Shown: one piece after another, positions 1 to 6,877 of the stretch
Position numbering within the stretch: the stretch's first letter is position 1
Layout of the letters: each line of letters begins with the position of its first letter
Assembly (NCBI RefSeq): GCF_008065095.1
Contig: NZ_CP042911.1
Coordinates: 5,670,001 to 5,702,000, forward strand
Direction: 5' to 3'
DNA length: 32,000 nucleotides
DNA from: Gemmata obscuriglobus
GTDB lineage: Bacteria; Planctomycetota; Planctomycetia; Gemmatales; Gemmataceae
Translations under genes and position numbers: made by a program
The notes under the pieces: generated by a model
What the model was told of the DNA's origin: nothing
The model's input: only the letters and a program-made list of their open reading frames with translations
Database searches by the model: none

Positions 1-16
1 GAGTTGAGGCAGTACC

Positions 17-295
17 ATGAACCCGCACGAGCAGTTGCTCGCTGACATCGATGCCTGGCTGCAGAGCATCCGCGGTGAGGCATGGAACAGCCCGGGATTG
101 CTTGCGATCCGTGTCGAGGCGTGGCTGTTGCGGTTCCACGGCGGTGCCGCGTGGGCGGTGACCCCGTCCCGCTCTCCGGAAGGCGGGCACGTCCGCATTT
201 GGATTGATGCCCTTGGCTCCGCCCCCCCGACGGTCCGGCACCTCATGATTCGTAACGGGCGGGTCGACGTTCCCCTCGAAACATTTTCCGCCTGA
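17..295 (+). CDS. hypothetical small protein (92 aa)
   Basis: ATG at 17 is preceded by GAGG at 7-10. Third codon positions are mostly G/C by eye. The structured repeat element starts ~30 nt after its stop, as it does after the 29709..30869 gene. No recognisable motif. Confidence 0.4.
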   Translation: MNPHEQLLADIDAWLQSIRGEAWNSPGLLAIRVEAWLLRFHGGAAWAVTPSRSPEGGHVRIWIDALGSAPPTVRHLMIRNGRVDVPLETFSA

Positions 296-323
296 CGCGT
301 ACCCTCGGCACGCAACCGGTTTT

Positions 324-407
324 ATTCACGATCCGGCTGGTTGTGTCTGTTTCTTGTGGCACAGGCATGCCTGTCTGTACGGCGCCCCAAGATCGGACAG
401 GCAGGAA
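324..407 (+). repeat. Copy A, proximal part, of a dispersed ~100-nt structured element; interrupted by an IS at 408
   Basis: Aligns by hand at roughly 79% identity to the reverse complement of 29581..29680, once 2519..2534 is appended. Contains the palindrome acaggcATgcctgt (362-375) and the left arm of a second hairpin (acaggca, 397-403). Confidence 0.75.
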
Positions 408-1315
408 TCAGTAGTTGCCACGGTGGTTGAGCGGCGCATGAGTTTCCTTGACAATGGTTTGTGCTGCCAACCCATTGAGCGGAGTTCGCCATGCGCCGTT
501 CCCGATGTACCGCCGTCGCGGTGCGGAGCCAACACGCCTGGGCGGGCGCGTTGGCCGACGTGCTGCACTTGACCGACGGTCCGTCGGTGACCCGGGTGGC
601 GGTGGCCCGGTGCCTGCTGGTCGCGTCGGCCCTGCGGGTGGCCCTCTCGGCGGTCGCCCGGCGGGTCGCCGCCGTGGGCCGGGAGACGGTCCGCAAGGCC
701 CTGGCCGGGGATCTGCCGCGGGACCGGGACACCCTGGAACGGTACCTGGCGGCCGGGTTCCGTCGGCACCTCCCGCGGTCGTTCCAGGAGCACCCGATCC
801 CGATCGCCATCGGCACCCACCCGCGGCCGTTCTACGGGGACTACGAGAACACACCCGGAGTGGTCGGGGGCAAACCCAAGGACGGGGCCAAGTGGTTCTG
901 GGGGTACGCCACGGCGGTGGCCCTGGTGCCCGGTCACCGGCACACCCTGGGGCTCACCGCGATGCGCCCCGGGGACACACCTGACGCCCGGGGAGAGCGG
1001 CTCCGGGCCCAGCTCGGGTGGGCCGGGGTGAAGGTCCGGTACGTGCTCCTGGACCGCGGGTTCTACTCGGCCCGGGTGGCCAACGCGCTGGCCCGACGCC
1101 CGCTCCGGTTCATCATCCCGATGGTGCGGCGCGGCAAGGCGGTGCAGCCGTTGTTCCGGCGCGGCACCCGGGGGTGGTTCGAGCACACCATCCGGTGCCG
1201 CAAGTGCCGGGCCGATTCGGCCACCGTGCGGGTGGCGGTGGTGCCCGGACCCGACGGCCGGCGGCCGCTCGTGTTCGCGTGCTCCGACGGGTTCGACCGG
1301 TTGCCCCGGGTGGTG

Positions 1316-2210
1316 TAAGTGACTGTCCCATATGTGAGATTTATGCCACCGTGTGGTATTGAAACTCGGCGTCGCCCCCTTTCGGCTCAAGCCGGTTGAG
1401 CATCAGGTGGATCATGGCCAACTTGACGAACGCCTCCGACGACCGCACCGTCTTCTCCCGGTCCTTGGACAACCGCCGGCACGTCCCCAGCCAGGCGAAC
1501 GTCCGCTCCACCGTCCACCGCCGCGGTAACTTCACCCACCCCTTGGCCCCGTCCGGGCGGCGGACGATGACCAGCTCCCACCGGGCGTTCGTCTCGACCC
1601 ACTCGTACAGGGCGTAGTTGTGGTACTTGCGGTCGGCGAACACCCGGCGCACCTTCCCCATCGGTTGCTCGTCCAGCCGGCCGAACAGTTCGGCCGCCGC
1701 CTTGGCATCATCGACGCTCGCGGCCGTCACCAGCACGGCCAGCAGCAACCCCATGGAATCCACGAGGATGTGCCGCTTCCGCCCGTCCACGTTCTTGGCG
1801 TTGTCCCGGCCCCGCTCCTCGCCGCCGGAGGTCGTGTCCACCGACTGGCTATCCACGCTCGCGGTCGTCCGGGGCGAGTACGGCCTCTCGGCGGTGCGGA
1901 CCTTTTTGCGGAGAAGGTCATGGATCGTGTCGCGGGTGCCGTTGTGTCGCCACTCGTCGAAGTACCGCCCGACCGTGGACTTGGGCGGGAAGTCCTTGGG
2001 CCGGTACCGCCACTGGCAACCGGTCCGCAGCACGTAGAAGACCGCGTCGGTGACGTCCCGCAGGGCGGTGGTGCGGGGACGGCCGCCGGGGTACACGGGG
2101 ATGTGTGGCTCGATGAGCCCCCACTGCTCGTCGGTCACGTCGCTCGGGTAGGATTGGGTTCGCATGGACCATTCTACCCACCCAACCGCCACATATGGGA
2201 CAGTCACTTA
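1316..2210 (-). mobile_element. IS5-family insertion sequence (IS427/IS1031-like, about 0.89 kb) nested inside the outer IS
   Basis: Perfect 21-bp inverted termini taagtgactgtcccatatgtg (1316-1336) and cacatatgggacagtcactta (2190-2210). The outer trinucleotides TAA/TTA are probably the TNA target. One transposase ORF lies between the ends. Confidence 0.9.
1341..2165 (-). CDS. IS5-family DDE transposase, apparently intact (274 aa from MRTQSYPSD...)
   Basis: N-terminal 'DEQWGLIEPHIP...GRPR...R...DAVFYVLRTGCQWR' (DUF4096-type) followed by a DDE_Tnp_1-type core (DSQSV...D...H...DRKY...RWTVERTFAWL). The start is taken at the ATG at 2165, because the upstream GTG lies inside the terminal repeat. 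Confidence 0.85.
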   Translation of the reverse strand: MRTQSYPSDVTDEQWGLIEPHIPVYPGGRPRTTALRDVTDAVFYVLRTGCQWRYRPKDFPPKSTVGRYFDEWRHNGTRDTIHDLLRKKVRTAERPYSPRTTASVDSQSVDTTSGGEERGRDNAKNVDGRKRHILVDSMGLLLAVLVTAASVDDAKAAAELFGRLDEQPMGKVRRVFADRKYHNYALYEWVETNARWELVIVRRPDGAKGWVKLPRRWTVERTFAWLGTCRRLSKDREKTVRSSEAFVKLAMIHLMLNRLEPKGGDAEFQYHTVA

Positions 2211-2405
2211 GACTACCGCACCCGGTTCGGTATCGAGACCAGCTACCGCCAGTTGGGCGAGTGCCTGGCCCGTACCACCAGCGACGACCCGATGTACCGG
2301 CTGCTCCTGGTCGGGGTGAGCCTGCTGATCCGCGCGTGGTGGATGACCGAAAGCACCGGTACACTCGCCACCACCTGCTGGGACCTGATCATCATCTTCA
2401 CACCC

Positions 2406-2447
2406 ACCACCACCACCACCACCACCACCACCACCACCACCACCACC
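2406..2447 (+). repeat. (ACC)14 trinucleotide microsatellite, read as Thr14 in the outer transposase C-terminus
   Basis: Fourteen uninterrupted ACC units counted directly. In frame with 2208..2498. Confidence 0.95.
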
Positions 2448-2514
2448 GGACCAATGGCGCAAACCCCAGCAGCGACCGAACTACCGAATACGCCGTAGCC
2501 GTGGCAACTACTGA

Positions 2515-2534
2515 GGAATGCCTGTGCCGCAAAG
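2515..2534 (+). repeat. Second GGAA target duplication plus the distal arm of structured-element copy A
   Basis: ggaa + tgcctgtgccgcaaag matches ggaa + tgtctgtgccgcaaag of copy B (reverse complement of 29581-29600). Confidence 0.75.
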
Positions 2535-2856
2535 GCACAAACCAACACAGGCGCCCACAACCGGACCGCTCTCGGACACGTTCAGCATCTCCCTAAGCGT
2601 ACGTTCACCTCGCGACATCCCTACTGCACGGAACCAGCACCGATGGTATAGCCGTCCCTCCGATGTGACGCCCGATCTGCTCGACCGGGCCGCGGGCCGG
2701 GGAGTGCTACAACCCCGGTCCGCGCTGTTACACGGCGCACACAGCCGCGATCGCCCAACTTGTGGCAACTAGATCACCGCGGCTGAATCGGGCTTCCAAC
2801 CGAGGGCCTACTTTGCCATCATCTCCACCGGACGCAAGATCGTCCTGCCGGAGCAG

Positions 2857-3048
2857 ATGTCATGCCGTGGGATGGTAGCCAAGGCGGTCATGACCGAACG
2901 TCAGCAGCAGGTGCTGCAAGCGCTGGTCGTTTCGCGGTCGTGTGCGCGCGGGTTGGCCCACCGCGCGGAAATCATCCTGCTCGCGTTCGATGGTCTCAAG
3001 AACGAAGAGATCGCCCAACAGCTCGGGTGTGATACCGAATCCGATTGA
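2857..3048 (+). pseudogene. Orphan N-terminal HTH fragment of an IS630-type transposase
   Basis: MTERQQQVLQALVVSRSCARGLAHRAEIILLAFDGLKNEEIAQQLG resembles the first helix-turn-helix of IS630-family ORFs. It stops after 63 aa and has no DDE domain in any frame attached to it. Confidence 0.5.
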
Positions 3049-3082
3049 TCCGTAACCCTCTCCAATGGGTGGAGGGTGAATC

Positions 3083-4129
3083 ATGGCGCAACTACCGGTA
3101 GCTTCGCACCTGACGGTGGAACAGATCGATGAGCGGTATCGGACCTGCTCGGACGCCGCGGAGAAGAGCCGCTGGCACGTGGTGTGGCTGGTGTCCCGCC
3201 CGGAGCGCCCGATGTCAGCGACCGCGGCGGCCAAACTGGTCGGGTTCACCCCGGCTTGGGGGCCGGCCATCCTGAAGCGGTAAAACGCCCATGGCCCGGA
3301 CCGGCTGACCGACCGGCGGCGGGACAATGGGACCCGGTACAAGCTGGATCCGCCGCAGCAGGCGGCCCTGTTGGCGGCGCTCCATAAATCCCCACCGGAC
3401 GGGGTGGGACCGGCCCCAAGGTGGCCGTGTGGGTCCGCGAGCGGTTCGGGGTGGAGGTGGTGAACCAGACCGGATGGCAGTGGCTCAAGGAACTCGGGTT
3501 CCGGCTGGTGGTGCCGCGCCCGCGGCACCCCAAGGCGGCCACACGGGAGCAGCAACAGGAGTGGCTTTGACGGGCTGGCCCAGCGGCTGACGACGTTGCG
3601 GCGTGAGAACCCGGACAAGGACGTGGAGTTGTGGTGCGAGGACGAGCTGCGGCTCGGGCTCAAGCCGGTGGCCCGGCGGGTGTGGGCGTTGCACGGGAAA
3701 CGGCCCACGAGTAGCGGGCGGCACCGGTTCGAGTCCGTGTTCGTGTACGGGTTCGGGCACCCCACCAGCGGTCGCAGCCGGTTCCTGGTCCTGCCTAAAG
3801 CGAATGCCGTGTGCATGGTTCAGGCCCCGGCAGACTTTGCCGGGTGGGCGGACCCGGGTCGACGTAAGGTACGGGTGCTCATCGTGGATGGGTCGGGCGG
3901 GCACACGGCCAAGGCGTTAGTAATACCGCCCAACGTAGTGCTCCACCGGCTGCCCCCGCCCCGCACCCCGGAGCTGCAACCGGCCGAGCACCTATGGCCG
4001 CTCGTCCGTGAAGGCGTGGCCAACCGGGTGTTCGACACCCTCGAGGGCCTCACCGCCACACTCACCGCCCGGTGCCAGAGGCTCACCGAGCACGCCGCCG
4101 TCGTCGCCGGGGCCGTCGGGTTACACTAG
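3083..4129 (+). pseudogene. IS630-family transposase, inactivated by one in-frame stop and two compensating frameshifts
   Basis: The winged-helix N-terminus (HLTVEQIDERYRTC..EKSRWHVVWL) is followed by an in-frame TAA at 3281-3283, then NAHGPDRLTDRR. The frame changes near 3405 and back near 3560. The DDE_3-type core follows (VELWCEDELRLGL ... LIVDGSGGHTAK ... LPPPRTPELQPAEHLWPLV). Element ends are not resolved; only weak inverted repeats were seen near 3043-3057 and 4145-4159. Confidence 0.8.
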
Positions 4130-4160
4130 GCCATCGAACCTGACGGCCACAGATCAATCT

Positions 4161-4240
4161 GACCTATCATGATCTATAATACAATTAAATAATATTACAA
4201 TTATATTGTTGAAAATTCTTTCAAGTTTACGCATGATAGT
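4161..4240. other. Extreme AT-rich island (about 22% G+C by hand count), between the IS630 remnant and the collagen-like gene
   Basis: Hand count gives 18 G/C in 80 nt, in a window that is otherwise about two-thirds G+C. Contains a perfect TATAAT at 4175-4180 and TTGAAA-N17-CATGAT at 4209-4237. Confidence 0.7.
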
Positions 4241-4582
4241 CACCCACTCTACGTGTGAACTTGGGGGAGTTCGCCGCACTCATGGCATGGGGATTCCGAC
4301 AGGATGATCTAGTGCCGGGGCTCGCAATTTAACTGCCGCGATACAGTTTCGTCCGTGCAGGAATGTCCGTTACTCAGGGCCGGCGTGTGCTGCAGGGGGG
4401 GGCGACTGGGTCCATTACAACGGTTGTACCGCCGGCGCGCCGGGGTCGAAAAAATGCTAGAGTCGTCCAGTTCCGGAAAAACCTCGCTCGCGCTGCGACG
4501 CTACCGATCCACCTCCCATATCGGACCTGAGGTCGGTAGCCAGCGGAGGTTCACCCAGGCCCCGAGTTCAACCGAGGGCGCG

Positions 4583-6877
4583 ATGCACCGCTGGCGAAGC
4601 ATGCTACGATTCCGTACCAGATCCGAACTGCCGCGATACCGCGCGCGGCTGTTCGTCGAACGGCTTCAGGAACGTGAGCTGCTCGCGCCCGTCGTCACCT
4701 CGCCGACCTTTGCGCCGCCGACGGACCCGTACCTCCAAGTCACCGAGGGCGGCAGCCTCGTCATCAGCGGTAACCCGACGCTCGGCGGCAACTCGTTCGA
4801 CGTGTTCACCCCGGTCACTTCGACCCTCACCGCTACCCTGAGTACGCCGGCGGGGCTGCTCGATGTCGACGAGGCCCTCGCTTCGTCCCTGAATGTTGCT
4901 GTTACCGGCGACGGCACCGCGATCGTGCAACTCGTCGGCGGCAGCACTGCCATCAGTAGCCTTCTCCAGGCCGGGTTCACGTTTACGGCCTTTCCGGGGG
5001 TGGGGGGCGATGTGCCCATCGGGTTGGCGGTCATCGACAGCGCGGACTCGATGACGGACGCCGGCCTGCTGACTGTGCAGGTGCTGCCATCCGCGTCGAC
5101 CCTTTACGCGTTCTGGGATGCCACAACCGAGATCCGGCTCCCAGACCGCCCGTTCGCGTTCCCGCCGGATTTCCTCGCGGTTTCGACGGGGTTCGACGCC
5201 GACGGGTCGGAGACGCTCGCGCTCACCATCACTCTCATCGCCGACGACGCGCGGCTCTCCGGTGGGTTCGCTCTGTGGGCGGGGGGCACGGCCGTCACGC
5301 CCGCGGGGCCGGGAGAGTGGAACCTCTCCGGGACCAACCCGCTGGCGTTCCGGGCGCTGCTCAACTCCCTCGTCCTGGTCCCGCCGGCCGGGTTCAGCGG
5401 GCGAGCCACACTGAAGGCTGCCGGCACGGTCACTGACAGCGAATCCTACTTATCCGATGGCAGCACCGCCAGCGACTCCAAGCAGGTGTTCCCGGTGACG
5501 GCCGGCCTGCGGTTCTTCGCCCCGGCAGTGGTACTGGCCCCGGCGGTGCTCGGCCCCGGCGGGGGGGAGCCGTTCAGCCTGGCGGGGCTGTACAAGGTAG
5601 TCGACCCGGCCGAGTTGCCCGAAGACACACACACACTCACCATCACGCCCGGCGTGGGCTCGCTCACGTTCGATCCCGCGACTGTTCCGGCCGGCTTGTC
5701 CGTGACCGCGAGCGGCGCTGCGCTCGTGCTCTCCGGTGAGCTGGCGGACATCAACGCGTTCCTGGCGACGCCGGGCGGGATCACCTACTCGACGAACGAT
5801 CCGCTGTTTATCGGGCAGCTCCCCCTCGTCTTCGAACTCCAGAACCTGCCGGGCGTGGTCGGCGGATCGGGATTTGTGGGCAGCCAGTTCATCAGCGATT
5901 ACCCCCCGCCGACGGTCGCGCTCGTCGCGCTCACTATCGCGCCGCCCCCCGGTCCCGGAACCCCGCCGCCGGGCACCCCGGGTACCCCGCTCTCCGGTCC
6001 CGGGCTCCCCGCCGCGCCGGCCCCGACCATCGGCCCGGGCGGCCCCGGGGCTCCGCCCCCGCTCGGCGCCCCGCGTGGGCCGAACGTTTTTGCACCTCCG
6101 GCAGGTCCGGTGGGTCCGCAGGGGCCGGTGGGTCCGCAGGGGCCACAAGGCCCGCAGGGTCCACAGGGCCCACAAGGCCCGCAAGGCCCACAAGGCCCGC
6201 AGGGTCCTGCCGAACGCGCGAGCGCGCGCGAGGAAGGGCAGCGTGACGCCGGGCGCGAGGACGAGCAGCGGAGCGCGCGCGAGGGCGAGCGCCTGGCGTA
6301 CCTGGGTGCGACCGGGGGGGGCACGCGCGGGCCAGACGGTCCGCAGGGCCCACAGGGCCCGCGCGGCGGTGCCGTGCCACCCGCGCACAACCAGCCCTTT
6401 TCGAAGAACGATGCGCTGCCCGTGTACCTTGGGGCGGACGGGCGGCACCCGCTCCCGCCGGTGCTCCCGCTCGACCAGTCTCGTGCGGTTACCGGGTTCA
6501 GCGAGTCCGCGGGCGACAGCTTGGGGCTCGTCGATCGGATCTACCGTGAGGCGACCGGCGCCGACCAGCAGGTGCTCGTCGCGCTGGTCGGTTTGAATCC
6601 GGAGACGCTCCCGTCGACGAACGTTAACCCGAATGCCGTTACGCCGACCGCCCTGCCCGGGGGAGAGCGGTCCCCCGATGGGGGACCGGCAACGACCGTT
6701 CCGGTCGAACCGGTTTCCGCCTCGGTGTCGGCGCCCGACCACTACGCCTACGCCGCTGCCGGGGTGCTCGGGACGGTTGTGGGGTGGTGGGCACGCGGGT
6801 ACGTTGCCGCACTGTTCCGCGCCGGCCGCCGTCTCTTCAGTCCCACCCACCGCCAACCGACACAGGGGAACGCATGA
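4583..6877 (+). CDS. Exported, C-terminally membrane-anchored adhesin-like protein with collagen-like G-P-Q repeats
   Basis: ATG at 4583 is preceded by GAGGG (4574-4578); the ORF is open from 4355, so the start is uncertain. The leader [17 protein letters not shown] resembles the planctomycete extracellular N-terminal motif. '[21 protein letters not shown]' modules resemble large adhesins. A Pro-rich linker is followed by 12 + 4 G-X-Y triplets, then the C-terminal hydrophobic helix [23 protein letters not shown] and a basic tail. Confidence 0.7.
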   Translation: MHRWRSMLRFRTRSELPRYRARLFVERLQERELLAPVVTSPTFAPPTDPYLQVTEGGSLVISGNPTLGGNSFDVFTPVTSTLTATLSTPAGLLDVDEALASSLNVAVTGDGTAIVQLVGGSTAISSLLQAGFTFTAFPGVGGDVPIGLAVIDSADSMTDAGLLTVQVLPSASTLYAFWDATTEIRLPDRPFAFPPDFLAVSTGFDADGSETLALTITLIADDARLSGGFALWAGGTAVTPAGPGEWNLSGTNPLAFRALLNSLVLVPPAGFSGRATLKAAGTVTDSESYLSDGSTASDSKQVFPVTAGLRFFAPAVVLAPAVLGPGGGEPFSLAGLYKVVDPAELPEDTHTLTITPGVGSLTFDPATVPAGLSVTASGAALVLSGELADINAFLATPGGITYSTNDPLFIGQLPLVFELQNLPGVVGGSGFVGSQFISDYPPPTVALVALTIAPPPGPGTPPPGTPGTPLSGPGLPAAPAPTIGPGGPGAPPPLGAPRGPNVFAPPAGPVGPQGPVGPQGPQGPQGPQGPQGPQGPQGPQGPAERASAREEGQRDAGREDEQRSAREGERLAYLGATGGGTRGPDGPQGPQGPRGGAVPPAHNQPFSKNDALPVYLGADGRHPLPPVLPLDQSRAVTGFSESAGDSLGLVDRIYREATGADQQVLVALVGLNPETLPSTNVNPNAVTPTALPGGERSPDGGPATTVPVEPVSASVSAPDHYAYAAAGVLGTVVGWWARGYVAALFRAGRRLFSPTHRQPTQGNA
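6104..6211 (+). repeat. Collagen-like block: 12 consecutive G-P-(V/Q/A) triplets; a second block of 4 triplets lies at 6329-6364
   Basis: Direct reading gives [12 protein letters not shown] (GPQ)x7 GPA. The codons are synonymously varied (ggt/ggg/ggc, ccg/cca/cct, cag/caa). Confidence 0.9.

Larger units (their letters stand above)
491..2498 (+). pseudogene. DDE transposase of the outer IS, split by the nested IS5-family element (N-part 491..1315, C-part 2208..2498)
   Basis: The N-part ends ...DGFDRLPRVV followed by TAA, exactly at the nested IS boundary. The C-part resumes LDYRTRFGIETSYRQLGE, a YREK-like region typical of IS4-type DDE transposases. Deleting 892 nt (1316..2207) joins the two parts in frame. 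Confidence 0.8.
408..2514 (+). mobile_element. IS4-superfamily insertion sequence (ISH3/IS701-like, family not resolved) carrying a nested IS5-family element; native length about 1215 bp
   Basis: Perfect 16-bp terminal inverted repeats tcagtagttgccacgg (408-423 and reverse complement at 2499-2514). 4-bp direct duplication GGAA at 404-407 and 2515-2518. Removing the IS rebuilds a hairpin matching copy B of the host repeat. Confidence 0.85.

Noticed and set aside
2630-2656. GGAAC-N18-CGTC on the plus strand, which might be a second ECF-type promoter.
   Set aside because: The spacer is 18 nt rather than 16-17. The only thing downstream is an orphan IS630 fragment. The match is likely chance.
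2762-2771. A second copy of gtggcaacta, which is part of the outer IS right inverted repeat, 250 nt outside the element; possibly a solo end.
   Set aside because: Only 10 nt match and the similarity stops immediately. A 10-mer match between one query sequence and the rest of a 32-kb window is not significant (roughly 0.06 expected by chance).
3043-4159. Candidate ends of the IS630 element: gattgatc...gatcaatc at 3043-3057/4145-4159, or gtaaccc/gggttac at 3052-3058/4118-4124.
   Set aside because: Both inverted-repeat candidates are short and imperfect, and neither is flanked by the TA duplication expected for IS630. The boundaries are left unresolved.
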